A DNA stretch of 64,000 nucleotides, taken from positions 31,673-95,672 of the forward strand of contig JBAZJQ010000001.1 of the NCBI GenBank assembly GCA_041651235.1, written 5' to 3'. The notes below the pieces were generated by a model, which ran no database searches, had not been told where the DNA came from, and saw only the letters and a program-made list of their open reading frames with translations. The stretch comes from Candidatus Pacearchaeota archaeon (GTDB taxonomy: Archaea > Nanobdellota > Nanobdellia > Pacearchaeales > GW2011-AR1). How positions within the stretch are numbered: position 1 is the stretch's first letter; the number at the start of each line of letters is the position of its first letter. This document shows, piece after piece, positions 18,701-29,135 of this stretch. Made by a program: the position numbers and the translations under genes.

Positions 18701-19093
18701 ATGGAAATTTTAAAAGAATTAAATAAATTAAATCTTCCAAAAAATCAATTTGCAGTTTTTGGAAGCGGGCCTCTTACAATTAGAGGCATAAGAGAAAATA
18801 AAGATATAGATATAATTGTTAAAAAAGATTTATGGGATAAATTAATTAAAAAATACCAGATAATTGATTTTAAAAAAATAGATATTGAAAATATTGAAAT
18901 TTATAAAGATTGGAAGCCTTGGTTTAATGATGTTGATAAATTAATTGATGATGCGGATATTTTTAATGGAATAAGATTTGTTAAATTAAAATATGTTCTA
19001 AAATGGAAAGAAGAGTTTGGAAGAGAAAAAGATAAAAAAGATATTAAATTAATTAAAAAATACTTGGAAAATGGAATTAAAGAAGATATCTGA
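18701..19093 (+). CDS. Pol-beta superfamily nucleotidyltransferase-like protein
   Basis: FGSG...DIDIIV and GREKDKKDI motifs. Confidence 0.7.
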   Translation: MEILKELNKLNLPKNQFAVFGSGPLTIRGIRENKDIDIIVKKDLWDKLIKKYQIIDFKKIDIENIEIYKDWKPWFNDVDKLIDDADIFNGIRFVKLKYVLKWKEEFGREKDKKDIKLIKKYLENGIKEDI

Positions 19094-20447
19094 TAATGAA
19101 TGGGAAATCCCAAAACAAAATGGAATGAATGTTCCTGGAAAAATATTTGCTAGTGAGAAACTTCTTAATGACATAAAAAAAGACAAAACACTTGAACAAG
19201 TTAAAAATGTTGCAAAACTTCCTGGGATTATTGGTTCTAGCATAGCACTTATGGATGCTCATCAAGGCTATGGATTTAGTATCGGAGGTGTTGCTGGATT
19301 TGATATTGAAAAAGGAGTTATTAGTCCAGGAGGTGTTGGTTATGATATTGACTGCAGTGTTAGATTATTAAAAACTAACTTAAAATTATCTGATTTAAAA
19401 AAAATTGGAATAAAAGAATTAACACACTCTCTTTTCAGGGCAATTCCTTCTGGTGTTGGAAGAGGAAGCAAGATTAATCTTAAGTATAATGAATTAGATG
19501 AAATTTTAAAAAAAGGGGCTAGATGGGCAGTTGAAAATGGATATGGAATAAATGAAGATTTAAAGCATTTAGAAGATAATGGAAATCTTCTTCCTGCAAA
19601 TCCAGATGATGTTTCTAAAAGAGCAAAATCTCGTGGAATTGGGCAATTAGGAACATTAGGAGCTGGAAATCATTTTTTAGAAATTGGAATTGTTGATGAA
19701 GTTTATGATAGAGAATTTGCTAAAAAATTTGGATTAGAAAAAGGACAAATTACAATTATGATACATTGTGGATCAAGAGGATTAGGACATCAGGTTGCAT
19801 CAGATTACATTAAATTAATGGAAGATAAATATGGCTGGCCTGAATTTGACAGGGAGCTAGTTAATGCTCCAATAAAAAGCGAGCTTGGAGAAAAATATTT
19901 CTCTGCTATGAATTGTGCTGCAAATTTTGCATTTGCAAACAAACAGGTAATTACTCACTGGATTAGAGAAAACATGAAGCATTATTTTCCAAATGTAAAG
20001 ATTGATGTTGTTTATGAAGTATGCCATAATATTGCTAAATTTGAAGAGCATAAAATTAATGGAAAATTAAAAAAAATATTAGTTATGAGAAAAGGAGCTA
20101 CTCGTTCGTTTCCGAATCAGCCTGTTTTAATTCCTGGAAGCATGGGAACTTCTTCTTATGTTTTAGTTGGAACTGAAAATGCAATGGAAAAAAGTTTTGG
20201 AAGTACTGCACATGGTGCAGGAAGAGTTTCATCGAGGACAGCTGCACGAAAAAACTTGCATGCTGATGAAATTAAAAAAGAATTAAGCAAAAAAGGAATT
20301 GAAATTGAAGCTGGAAGTTTTCAGGGAATTGTTGAAGAGGCTCCAGAAGTTTACAAAGATATTGATGAAGTTGTAAGAGTTAGTCATGAAGCAGGCATTG
20401 GAGATTTAGTTGTAAAATTAAAACCTCTTGGTGTTGTTAAAGGATAG
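19071..20447 (+). CDS. rtcB: RNA-splicing ligase RtcB
   Basis: DAHQGYG, GVGYDIDC, GTLGAGNHF, IHCGSRG, HNIAK, PGSMG, STAHGAGR, EEAPEVYK. Confidence 0.97.
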   Translation: MELKKISDNEWEIPKQNGMNVPGKIFASEKLLNDIKKDKTLEQVKNVAKLPGIIGSSIALMDAHQGYGFSIGGVAGFDIEKGVISPGGVGYDIDCSVRLLKTNLKLSDLKKIGIKELTHSLFRAIPSGVGRGSKINLKYNELDEILKKGARWAVENGYGINEDLKHLEDNGNLLPANPDDVSKRAKSRGIGQLGTLGAGNHFLEIGIVDEVYDREFAKKFGLEKGQITIMIHCGSRGLGHQVASDYIKLMEDKYGWPEFDRELVNAPIKSELGEKYFSAMNCAANFAFANKQVITHWIRENMKHYFPNVKIDVVYEVCHNIAKFEEHKINGKLKKILVMRKGATRSFPNQPVLIPGSMGTSSYVLVGTENAMEKSFGSTAHGAGRVSSRTAARKNLHADEIKKELSKKGIEIEAGSFQGIVEEAPEVYKDIDEVVRVSHEAGIGDLVVKLKPLGVVKG

Positions 20448-20487
20448 GCAATATTTATAAATATCTTATATCTTTATAGAATATAAA

Positions 20488-21357
20488 ATGAGGTGGAAAA
20501 TATTATTTTTAGTTGCAAGTTTATTATTAGTTATTCAAATGAGTAATCTTGTCTGTGCTGGAAATTGTTCTCCTGAATTTGCTGCATTAGGTGCAACAAT
20601 CTGTGATGAAAGTGGGAAGCCGATAAGTATTGTTGGACTTAAATCCTGTAAAGTATATGAAACTTATACAGAATGGATTAATTCAAGTGGAAATTTTCCC
20701 ATATTACCTAATGGAAATGAAAAGTGTTTTGTAGATACTGCTTTGGAACTTGTTGAAAGTTCAGATACTTGCTGTCCTGATGAAAGTGAGTGTGTGACTG
20801 ATCCTCCTACTGCAGGAGACTATGGGATGTGCAGAGTCAGTCTTGCAGATATGTGTATGGACTACCAAACTGAAGAGGCATGTAAAGGGCATTCACAATA
20901 TTCTGCAGATAATACAGAAAATGCTAAATATGGGGAAGGATTTTGTGGAACTTGGGGAGATTTAGGTAATGGATGTTTTTCAGAAATATATTGTAGTTGT
21001 GTTTGGAATGCAAGTGGAGGAATATGCCAAGGACAATTTGATAATCAAACATTTGGTGATCCTGCTATTTGTACTGCTACTTCTGGAGGATGTAAAGATT
21101 ATGCTGCTAATTGGGATGAAGAATTTACAAGTCAATGTGAAACAGGAGATATAGTTACAATTCATTGGGGCTCTGAACCTTGGGGGAATTATTCAACTAA
21201 CCCCCTATTAGCTGCATTATGTGTTGCATCTGATATTGAATATCCTTGTTCTATGGGCAAGAAGCTTCCTTTTTTCACTTCATTTAATTTTATTCTTAGT
21301 ATAATTTCTATAATGGGGATATACTATTTTTTAATAAAGAAGAATAAGATAAAATAA
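20488..21357 (+). CDS. Secreted Cys-rich protein with C-terminal LPFF-TM-basic anchor
   Basis: Signal peptide, many Cys, KKLPFFTSFNFILSIISIMGIYYFLIKKNKIK. Confidence 0.75.
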   Translation: MRWKILFLVASLLLVIQMSNLVCAGNCSPEFAALGATICDESGKPISIVGLKSCKVYETYTEWINSSGNFPILPNGNEKCFVDTALELVESSDTCCPDESECVTDPPTAGDYGMCRVSLADMCMDYQTEEACKGHSQYSADNTENAKYGEGFCGTWGDLGNGCFSEIYCSCVWNASGGICQGQFDNQTFGDPAICTATSGGCKDYAANWDEEFTSQCETGDIVTIHWGSEPWGNYSTNPLLAALCVASDIEYPCSMGKKLPFFTSFNFILSIISIMGIYYFLIKKNKIK

Positions 21358-21396
21358 TTTTTTAAGTATTCGGAATATATTTGATTTTCTAACTTA

Positions 21397-21460
21397 TTTA
21401 TAATCTATTAGGACATTCGCTGATTTGAGGATAGAATTAAGATATTTATGCTGTTGATTA
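21397..21460 (+). repeat. Dispersed intergenic element, copy 6
   Basis: TTTATAATCTATTAGGACA...TTTGAGGA(21424)-TAGA-ATTAAGAT. Confidence 0.8.
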
Positions 21461-21467
21461 TGGTTTA

Positions 21468-21568
21468 TGAATAATATTCATCTTTAAATAATCTGCAGAT
21501 AGTATAATTAAGATGTTAATGACAAAATAAAAATTAACTGAGGTTTTATTAGGATATAAATATTTTTT
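21468..21568 (+). repeat. Dispersed intergenic element, copy 7 (tandem with copy 6)
   Basis: TGAATAAT...GCAGATAG(21495)-TATA-ATTAAGAT...TTTTATTAGGATATAAATATTTT. Confidence 0.7.
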
Positions 21569-21608
21569 ATTTCTGAAATATTTATAAAGATGTTTTCTAT
21601 GTATATTT

Positions 21609-24266
21609 ATGAAAAAGGGGTTAATATTAAGTTTAATTTTTATTGTGATTTTATCTGGGATAGTTTTTGCTGATATTCAATTAAAAAGTTATACTTTAGA
21701 AAAAACATATTCTCCAGGTTCTGCAATTAAAGGAACAATAATATTAGATATAAAAAATGTTTCTGAAAATACATTGTTTACTGGATTTAGTTCAAATATT
21801 AGTTTAATTGATTTCTTAGATGCAAATGATGCAAGTTATACTTGTTCTCCTAATTGTGAAGTAAAATATTCAAGAATTGGAAGTGCAGGTGAGACAAAAC
21901 AAATTGCATTAACTGCAGGTGAAACAAAAACCATAGGAATCAGGCTTGTTGGGAATATTACTTCAATAAATGGTTTAAAATTTGATATTACAAGCAATGC
22001 AGAAAGTTCTTGCACTCCTCCGTTAAAAATAGATATTTTAAGTGATGAAGCAATGGATTGGACAGCTGCAAATGGAGTTGAAGATTTTATCTGCCCTGTT
22101 TATCGTCCTTTTGGATGTTATAATGATTTAAATTTCAGCGGTGTTGTTGCAGATTTAAGTTCAAATTGGTATTGTGAAAGAATTAATATCCCTCCTTCAA
22201 TAATCTACAAAGTTGGAGCTAATATAACTAAAGCCTATGATGGAGTTGAGGATGTTGATATTTACTTTAGTGTGATTAGTGAGAGTATAAATGTTGGTTG
22301 TGATAATTCTACTCATGCAAATGGAGAAGTAAGCTGCATTGTTCAGATTGATAATGAAGAGTCTCAAGAGGTTGATGTATGCATTAGTGTTGATGAAGAA
22401 AATGCAGGAAAATATAAAATAAGAACAGAAGAAGTTGAACCTTGCGGTTACACAGATAATGATGAAGGAATAGACTTTCCGATTTTTATTAGGCCTGGAA
22501 AATATGGAATGTCTGGAAGCTTAACTTATAATGAATCTATTGAAGATGAGATTGATGATTATATTTCTGAAAAATATAATTATGATTGCAACCCTGAATG
22601 TATAATCCCAATTAGTTTTAGTGGGACTAGCCAAACAATAAGTGTATCTAATTTGAATTTAAAATATTCAACTAAAGTGGATTTAACTGAAAAAAATATT
22701 TATGATTTGCAGGAAGTTTCTCACTTGATAAGTTTAACTTCGGAGGATTTAGATTTATCGAAAGGAAATTTTATAGTTCCTTCTACAACCGGAATCAAAG
22801 AATTTAAATTAAAATTAGGGGACAAAGAACTAATTAAAGAGAATATTAATATAAGTGCTTCCAGTTCCAAGATAAAATCTATAATCCCCTCTATTACTGG
22901 AGCATTAGTCCCTACTTATTTTGCAGTAATCGGAGATTTTTCAACTAATACCACTTATTCCTGGGATTTTGGAGATGGGGACAAAGAAACAACTACTTCA
23001 AATATTGTATTGCATCTTTATCAAGAAATTAAAGTTTATGATTTAAAAGTTACTGCTAAAAACAGCCAGGGAGAATTCACTAAAATAGTTTCAATAAATG
23101 TAACTAATCCAAAAACTTCTATTCCGATTATACTCTCTAGATATAATGCTAATTTAGATAAAATACAGGCTAAATTAAATGTTCTTCCTGCATGGATTAA
23201 GACTTCCATTGGTTCGCAAATAGAGATAACTGAATTAAAAAAAGAATTAGGAAATTTATCTGCGAGGTATAATTCTACAACAAGTAACGAAGGTTATATT
23301 GATATTATGGAAGATTTGCTTTTATTAGATATTCCAGATTCTTTAGATGAAAAAGAATTAATTAAATCATTCCCATTACTTTTAGTAACTGAATCATTTT
23401 ATTCAGATGTTATGTCTGAACTAGGATTAGTTTCTGTTGATGAAGATTTGTATACTAGTGCAGTTAATTCCTGGATAATGGAAAATCTTAATATGAAAGT
23501 GGATGTAAAAACTTATTCTCTTGATTATGGCTATGATGAACCTGCTTTGTATTCTTATCTTAAGGTGAGTATCACTCCTAGAACATCTCTGAGCGAATTT
23601 TATTTTATTGTAAATGATTATCCTGATGAAGTTGTTTTTGCAGAAGATTATGGACAGGAAATAGTTGAAAGCAGCAATGTTATTTCTTATACAGGACTAG
23701 ATACAACAAAAACAATTGAATTTTTGTATCCTAGTGAGATTAATGTGGGATATTTTCCTGTTTATATTTTTGCCCCTGAAATTGATGTAAGTGAATTTAT
23801 TGTTGGAGAAGAAACTTGTGGGGATGGTTTTTGTGATAATGTGGGTGGAGAAGATTATAAGAATTGCAGAGAAGATTGCAAACCAATAGGATGGACAGTT
23901 TTCTTATTAATCGGTTTGTTAGTTGGTGCATTTATACTTTATATAATCCTGCAGGAATGGTATAAAAGACATTATGAAAAACATTTATTCCCTGACAGAA
24001 ATCACTTGTTTAATTTAATTAATTTCATGAATAATGCAAATAATCAGGGGGTTAAAAAAGGCGATATTTTTAGTGGATTATATAAAATGGATTGGAGAAG
24101 AGAGCAAGTTGGTTATGCATGGAAAAAGTTAAATGGATTAAGAACAGGTATGTGGGAAATACCTATATTTAAATTTGTTGAAAGGAAAGAAGTTAAAAGA
24201 GAATTAGAAAAGAGAACTGGAACTAATGTTAGACCTAATTTTAAAGGTTCTATGTTAAGGAGATAA
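21609..24266 (+). CDS. Large PKD-domain surface protein with C-terminal TM
   Basis: Signal peptide, YSWDFGDG PKD motif, CGDGFC repeat, TM near C-terminus. Confidence 0.8.
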   Translation: MKKGLILSLIFIVILSGIVFADIQLKSYTLEKTYSPGSAIKGTIILDIKNVSENTLFTGFSSNISLIDFLDANDASYTCSPNCEVKYSRIGSAGETKQIALTAGETKTIGIRLVGNITSINGLKFDITSNAESSCTPPLKIDILSDEAMDWTAANGVEDFICPVYRPFGCYNDLNFSGVVADLSSNWYCERINIPPSIIYKVGANITKAYDGVEDVDIYFSVISESINVGCDNSTHANGEVSCIVQIDNEESQEVDVCISVDEENAGKYKIRTEEVEPCGYTDNDEGIDFPIFIRPGKYGMSGSLTYNESIEDEIDDYISEKYNYDCNPECIIPISFSGTSQTISVSNLNLKYSTKVDLTEKNIYDLQEVSHLISLTSEDLDLSKGNFIVPSTTGIKEFKLKLGDKELIKENINISASSSKIKSIIPSITGALVPTYFAVIGDFSTNTTYSWDFGDGDKETTTSNIVLHLYQEIKVYDLKVTAKNSQGEFTKIVSINVTNPKTSIPIILSRYNANLDKIQAKLNVLPAWIKTSIGSQIEITELKKELGNLSARYNSTTSNEGYIDIMEDLLLLDIPDSLDEKELIKSFPLLLVTESFYSDVMSELGLVSVDEDLYTSAVNSWIMENLNMKVDVKTYSLDYGYDEPALYSYLKVSITPRTSLSEFYFIVNDYPDEVVFAEDYGQEIVESSNVISYTGLDTTKTIEFLYPSEINVGYFPVYIFAPEIDVSEFIVGEETCGDGFCDNVGGEDYKNCREDCKPIGWTVFLLIGLLVGAFILYIILQEWYKRHYEKHLFPDRNHLFNLINFMNNANNQGVKKGDIFSGLYKMDWRREQVGYAWKKLNGLRTGMWEIPIFKFVERKEVKRELEKRTGTNVRPNFKGSMLRR

Positions 24267-24284
24267 ATACCCAGAACTATATTC

Positions 24285-24360
24285 TTGGTAATGTCAAAAT
24301 TTTATACCTTATGCAGATGATATAGTTTAATGCCAGTAGATAATATGTTTGCTTTAATAA
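24285..24360 (+). repeat. Dispersed intergenic element, copy 8 (degenerate)
   Basis: TTGGTAAT(24285)...GCAGATGA(24313)-TATA-GTTTAAT...TGTTTGCTTTAATAA. Confidence 0.55.
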
Positions 24361-24483
24361 TCGGCTATAATTATTAAAGATGTATAGTTTATAGGCATAC
24401 TTTAAAACAGTTATAATATTCGAGTATAGAAACCTTAATAAATATAAACTTTCTTTTTACAAAATAGAAAAAAATTAAAAGAA

Positions 24484-25125
24484 ATGGCAATAACAATTTT
24501 AAAAAATTTCACAAAGAGGATGTTTGCCCTGTTTTTCAGGAAAAAAAGAGATATAAGTATAGGATTTTATGGGCCCCCAAATGCAGGAAAAACTTCTCTA
24601 GCAAACAGAATCTGTAAAGACTGGACAGGAGAAGAAATTGGCAGTGTAAGCAAAATTCCTCATGAAACAAGACATGTTCAATTTAGAGAAGAAGTTGAAA
24701 TAAAATATAAAGAAAAAACTTTGAAATTCAAATTAATTGATACTCCTGGAATTGCCACTAAAATTGATTATGAAGATTTCATGAAGATGAAACTAAAGAA
24801 AAATGAAGCTCAAAAAAGAGCAAAAGAGGCAACACAAGGAATTGTCGAGGCGATTAAATGGCTGGATGATGTTGATGCTGTTGTAGTTGTTGTTGATGCA
24901 AGCCAGAATCCTTATTCACAAGTAAACATTACTATTGTTGGAAACTTAGTTGCTAGAAAAATACCTGTTTTAGTTGTTGCAAATAAAATTGATTTAAGAA
25001 AAGCTGATGTAAAAAAAGTAGAAGCAGCTTTTCCTGAATATGATGTTGTTGGAATTAGTGCAAAAAGCGGCAAAAATATGAATGAGTTTTATGAATCAAT
25101 ATTTAAATTAGCTAAGAAAGCCTGA
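24484..25125 (+). CDS. oapA: Era-like GTPase (OapA-like)
   Basis: GPPNAGKT, PHETR, DTPG, NKID, ISA; followed by a DUF2073-like gene. Confidence 0.85.
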   Translation: MAITILKNFTKRMFALFFRKKRDISIGFYGPPNAGKTSLANRICKDWTGEEIGSVSKIPHETRHVQFREEVEIKYKEKTLKFKLIDTPGIATKIDYEDFMKMKLKKNEAQKRAKEATQGIVEAIKWLDDVDAVVVVVDASQNPYSQVNITIVGNLVARKIPVLVVANKIDLRKADVKKVEAAFPEYDVVGISAKSGKNMNEFYESIFKLAKKA

Positions 25126-25199
25126 TTCATAAAAATAAAAAACATTTAAAAACTAAAATATATATTAGATAATATACATACTAAAATAAAAAGAGGAAA

Positions 25200-25589
25200 A
25201 TGGCAAAAGATAAAATAAAAGGATTGACATTGCAATTTATGCCTTTTAGTGAAATTGCGAAGTTAGACACTGTTGAGAGAATAAAAAAACTTCTTAAGGT
25301 AATATTAAGCAATAAAGTAATTGTCTTGCAGGGAAGATTAAAACCAGAAGAAGAAACAAGATTAATCGAAGATACTATGATTATGGTTGGAAATTTAAAG
25401 GGATTTAAGGGAGTTGAATTAGCTGTTATTGAATCTGGTTCGGAACAATCAGGAGTTATGCAAAAAATGAAATTTGGATTAGCAAGAGCATTAACAGGAA
25501 CTCAAAATGCGCTTACAATTATTGGACCTGCAACTGTTGTTAAAGAAATGAAAAAAGATCCTACAAAATTAGAAGTTATGATGAGGTGA
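25200..25589 (+). CDS. oapB: DUF2073 protein (OapB-like)
   Basis: IVLQGRLKPEEETRLIEDTM...FKGVE...LTIIGPA. Confidence 0.85.
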   Translation: MAKDKIKGLTLQFMPFSEIAKLDTVERIKKLLKVILSNKVIVLQGRLKPEEETRLIEDTMIMVGNLKGFKGVELAVIESGSEQSGVMQKMKFGLARALTGTQNALTIIGPATVVKEMKKDPTKLEVMMR

Positions 25590-25613
25590 TTAATAAAAGT
25601 GAAAGGAGGTAAA

Positions 25614-26504
25614 ATGAAAAAAATAATATTAAGTATTTTAATGATTAGTCTATTTAGTGTTGTATTGGTTTCAGCTTTCTGGCCTTTTGATGGAGCTTCA
25701 ATAACTGGTAATGCGGTAGTTTCTATTTGTGAAGAAGTTAATGGAGGAATTGTTATGAAATCAGTTAATAAATATAATAATTTAATTGTAGAACCAATAA
25801 CTTATAACAAATGCAGTTCTATAAGTAAAAAAACTTTAATTAAGTATTCTTGTATAGAAGGTACTAAAAAGCAAACTGAAAGAATTAAATGTGAAGGAGA
25901 ATGTGCAATTGATCCAGAAACTTATCTAGCTTATTGTAAAGATGAAGCTATAACTTGTACTGAACTTCAAAGTGGAAAGGGAGTAAAGGATCAAACAGGA
26001 AAGAAATATGAAAATTCTTGCAACAATGATATCTTTAATGGATATACTTGTGTGGATAATATCCCCACTTTAGCTACTCCTCAATATTGTAAAACTCAAG
26101 GAAAAGTCTGTACTGAAAAAGGATGCAAAGGAAAAGGAGAATGTTTTATGGATGAAGATAAAATAATGGCAATTGCATCAACAGGAATTATTGAGCTTAA
26201 ATCGAATACATGCCAAGATTCTACAAATGGGTTTAATTATGAATGTTCAGCTACTGGAAATCTAAAAGAAACTGCTGTTAATTGCGGTTCAACAAAAGAA
26301 TGCCAAAAAGTAGAAGGTATTGCAAAATGTGTAGCTAAAACAACCCCTACAACTACACCGACAACTACAACTCCTACTACAACCCCTACAACTACACCGA
26401 CAACTACAGCTACTCAAACAACTGACGAGAAATTAACTGCTTTGATAACTGCACTTTGTACAGATGCAAGTTTAAAAACAAAATTAGGGAGTCTTTGTAA
26501 TTAA
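25614..26504 (+). CDS. Secreted Cys-rich protein with Thr/Pro stalk
   Basis: GGAGGT before ATG 25614; signal peptide; ITGNAV; (TTTP)n. Confidence 0.8.
   Translation: MKKIILSILMISLFSVVLVSAFWPFDGASITGNAVVSICEEVNGGIVMKSVNKYNNLIVEPITYNKCSSISKKTLIKYSCIEGTKKQTERIKCEGECAIDPETYLAYCKDEAITCTELQSGKGVKDQTGKKYENSCNNDIFNGYTCVDNIPTLATPQYCKTQGKVCTEKGCKGKGECFMDEDKIMAIASTGIIELKSNTCQDSTNGFNYECSATGNLKETAVNCGSTKECQKVEGIAKCVAKTTPTTTPTTTTPTTTPTTTPTTTATQTTDEKLTALITALCTDASLKTKLGSLCN
26341..26408 (+). repeat. 39-bp-period tandem repeat encoding TTTP
   Basis: CAACCCCTACAACTACACCGACAACTACA occurs twice. Confidence 0.8.
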
Positions 26505-26686
26505 TTTTTATTGTATTTCTTTTCATTTATTTTTTTATTTATAATATAGAGAAATCCATCGAGAAATATTTATACAAACTTTCTTTAAAAAGACAAGTTT
26601 GAACAAAGCAATCTTTCTTTTTAGAAAAAATACAAGCTTGAACAAAGAAAAACTAAGTTTGATACAAAAAGTTAAATCAAAAGCAA

Positions 26687-26712
26687 ATAAATATTTCTCG
26701 AGAAATATTTAT
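26687..26712. promoter_or_regulatory. 26-bp perfect palindrome formed by back-to-back BRE/TATA-like boxes
   Basis: ATAAATATTTCTCGAGAAATATTTAT; TTTATAAA begins 29 nt before ATG 26737. Confidence 0.6.
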
Positions 26713-26736
26713 AAAGTGTTTTTATATTGATATAAT

Positions 26737-29049
26737 ATGGAAAAGAGGGTAATTGGAATATTTATTTTTTTAATAGTTTTAGTTAGCTTGAATTTTATAA
26801 GTGCTGATGTTGGAACCTGTACTTACCCTATACTTTATATTTCAAATACAACAAATGCTCATGCATCTACAACAGGTAGTTATTCTCAGAAAGTTTGTCT
26901 TCCAGGGACATCTAGTCCAATAAATGGAGCAGGACCAATTGCATTATACTTATCTTCTGCTGGAAATGCTCATGCTTCTTATTCAAATAGTGCCTGGACT
27001 CCAATTCAAGTTGGAAGTAATTATTCTTCTTGTCAATTAGGTGCAACTTGTACTGCAGAGCAAGATTGCTTGTTAAGTTTATCTTCTCAAGATAATGCCC
27101 ATGTAGGAAATTGTGCTGCATATCCTTCAAATAAAATTTGCTGTACAAAAAAAGTAACAACCTCCTGCACTACAGAAAACACAGCAGCAGGAAATTGCGC
27201 TGATGGAGTTGATAATGATTGTGATGGATTAACTGATTGTGGAGAAACTACTGATTGTGCAACAGCAGCTAATTGCGTTGCTGATTGTGAAATAACAGAT
27301 GCTTATTTTGTAGATTCTGATGATAATGTTTTATTGGGTGATGCTGAAGTTTATTTGGGAGATAGTGTTTATCTAACTGTTGAAGGGTCTTCCGGGTGCA
27401 ATGGAAAATCTGTAAATTTCTCTATAAAAGAAGCTGATTGTGTTTTAGGAATTTGCAGTCTAGCTAATACTCCTTTTACAATTGCAAATTCTGTCTTTGG
27501 AGCAGATAATACCTTGCAGAAGGAATGGGCAACTCAATGGGTTGATGATTCTGGAGGAACAAATATTAATCCAGAATATGTTTTTATAACTACTTTACTT
27601 TCTGATGCGAGTGAAACAAAAAATTCTAAGGATTATAGTGGTGGAAAGTCAAGTATTAAATTATTAAAATGTGGTGATGGCACTTGCTCTGAAACTTTTG
27701 GAGAAACTTGTTCTAATTGTCCTGGAGATTGCGGGGTTTGCACTTGTACATACACTGTTTACCATAATCATACTGCATGTTATGGAGATAATATATATTG
27801 GTATGATGATTGTGGAATTAAAAATGATCTTTTCCAAAATTGTGGTACAGATACTTGTACTTGGAGTGCTTGGACTTGTTTAGATAGTGATACAAAAACT
27901 CACTCACGATCCGGAACTAATTATGGATGTTCAAATAATGCGTGTACTGTTGGTTCATGTACTGGAACTGAAACAGAAAACTGTCTTTCTGGGCAAATCT
28001 GCAGTTTAGGAGAATGTATTACTCCGCCATCTGACAGATACTGGGCAAATACAAATGGAATTGAAATAGAAGATGCGCAGTTGGGAGATACTGTATTGAT
28101 GATTGATGAATCTTTAACAACAGGAACTCATTTATTTGAAATATATGAAAAAGATGGCTTAACAGCAGATGAGGAAATAAGAACTGGAACAAATGGAATT
28201 AATTCTGAAATAATAAATGGATATGCTACTGGAACTTGGAAGATTTTACAAGAAGACTTAGCAAAAACCTCAGATTATGATAATTTCGAGTTTGAAGTTG
28301 ACGAAGGAGCTAGATCTAAAGACTTGAAGATACTTGCATCTGTTTCAAACTCAAAACCTGTTGCAGTTATAACTGCCCCTCCTGCAAATAATAAATATTC
28401 AATTAGTAAAAATAGCCCTAATCCTTCAACAGGAAATATTGATTTCAAACAAGAAAGCTATGATGCTGATGATTTATTAAATATAAGATGGGATTATGGA
28501 GATGATTATAATGAAAGTTGTACAGATTATAGTTTACTTACTCCAAATAAATGTGACAAAATTCATGCATATACTTCAAGTGGTTCAAAGCTAATTAAAC
28601 TTACAGCAAAAGAAATGACTAGAATACAATCAGATACAGATACAAGATATGTGTTTGTTTATCAAGAAGGAATAAATGTATTTTCAGTTATTAGTGACCC
28701 AATTACTTATGGGAAAGTTGCAAAAATGTATGGAGGAGATAGTTATGTTAGTGATTGTGATACTGCTACTCCTTGTGATACTAGTAGTGGTGAATACCAA
28801 GTTAATCCTGTTGCTGGAAGCGGAAATCCTGTATTATGTTGTAAAGATAGGCCTAAACCTGAAACTGGAGGAAATTATGACTTTTTAATGCAATGGATAT
28901 TTGATGGAGATTCTACTAAAGCAATACTTGGAAAATGGACTACTAATTATGATAACGTTGTTAATTTTACTTATTTTTTTCAAGAATCAGGAGAACATGA
29001 AGCAAATTTAAAAATTGGATTTATACCTTGCGGCGGTTCTTGCCCTTAA
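26737..29049 (+). CDS. Large secreted Cys-rich/PKD-like surface protein
   Basis: Signal peptide, three NAH motifs, CADGVDNDCDGLTDC, CGDGTC, WDYGD. Confidence 0.8.
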   Translation: MEKRVIGIFIFLIVLVSLNFISADVGTCTYPILYISNTTNAHASTTGSYSQKVCLPGTSSPINGAGPIALYLSSAGNAHASYSNSAWTPIQVGSNYSSCQLGATCTAEQDCLLSLSSQDNAHVGNCAAYPSNKICCTKKVTTSCTTENTAAGNCADGVDNDCDGLTDCGETTDCATAANCVADCEITDAYFVDSDDNVLLGDAEVYLGDSVYLTVEGSSGCNGKSVNFSIKEADCVLGICSLANTPFTIANSVFGADNTLQKEWATQWVDDSGGTNINPEYVFITTLLSDASETKNSKDYSGGKSSIKLLKCGDGTCSETFGETCSNCPGDCGVCTCTYTVYHNHTACYGDNIYWYDDCGIKNDLFQNCGTDTCTWSAWTCLDSDTKTHSRSGTNYGCSNNACTVGSCTGTETENCLSGQICSLGECITPPSDRYWANTNGIEIEDAQLGDTVLMIDESLTTGTHLFEIYEKDGLTADEEIRTGTNGINSEIINGYATGTWKILQEDLAKTSDYDNFEFEVDEGARSKDLKILASVSNSKPVAVITAPPANNKYSISKNSPNPSTGNIDFKQESYDADDLLNIRWDYGDDYNESCTDYSLLTPNKCDKIHAYTSSGSKLIKLTAKEMTRIQSDTDTRYVFVYQEGINVFSVISDPITYGKVAKMYGGDSYVSDCDTATPCDTSSGEYQVNPVAGSGNPVLCCKDRPKPETGGNYDFLMQWIFDGDSTKAILGKWTTNYDNVVNFTYFFQESGEHEANLKIGFIPCGGSCP

Positions 29050-29135
29050 TTAATATTTTTGAAATCAATAAAGCTTATTAACTAATAAAAGCATTTAGGA
29101 TAAATAAAAGAGAAACAAATACTTAATTTTATAAA

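Noticed and set aside
19330..19365. RtcB GYDIDCSVR instead of GYDINCGVR as a sign of inactivation
   Set aside because: The metal-binding Asp, Cys and His residues and the guanylylated His motif are all present.
26590..26670. CRISPR array
   Set aside because: Only three short degenerate repeats with unequal spacing and no cas genes. The dispersed element is not arrayed either.
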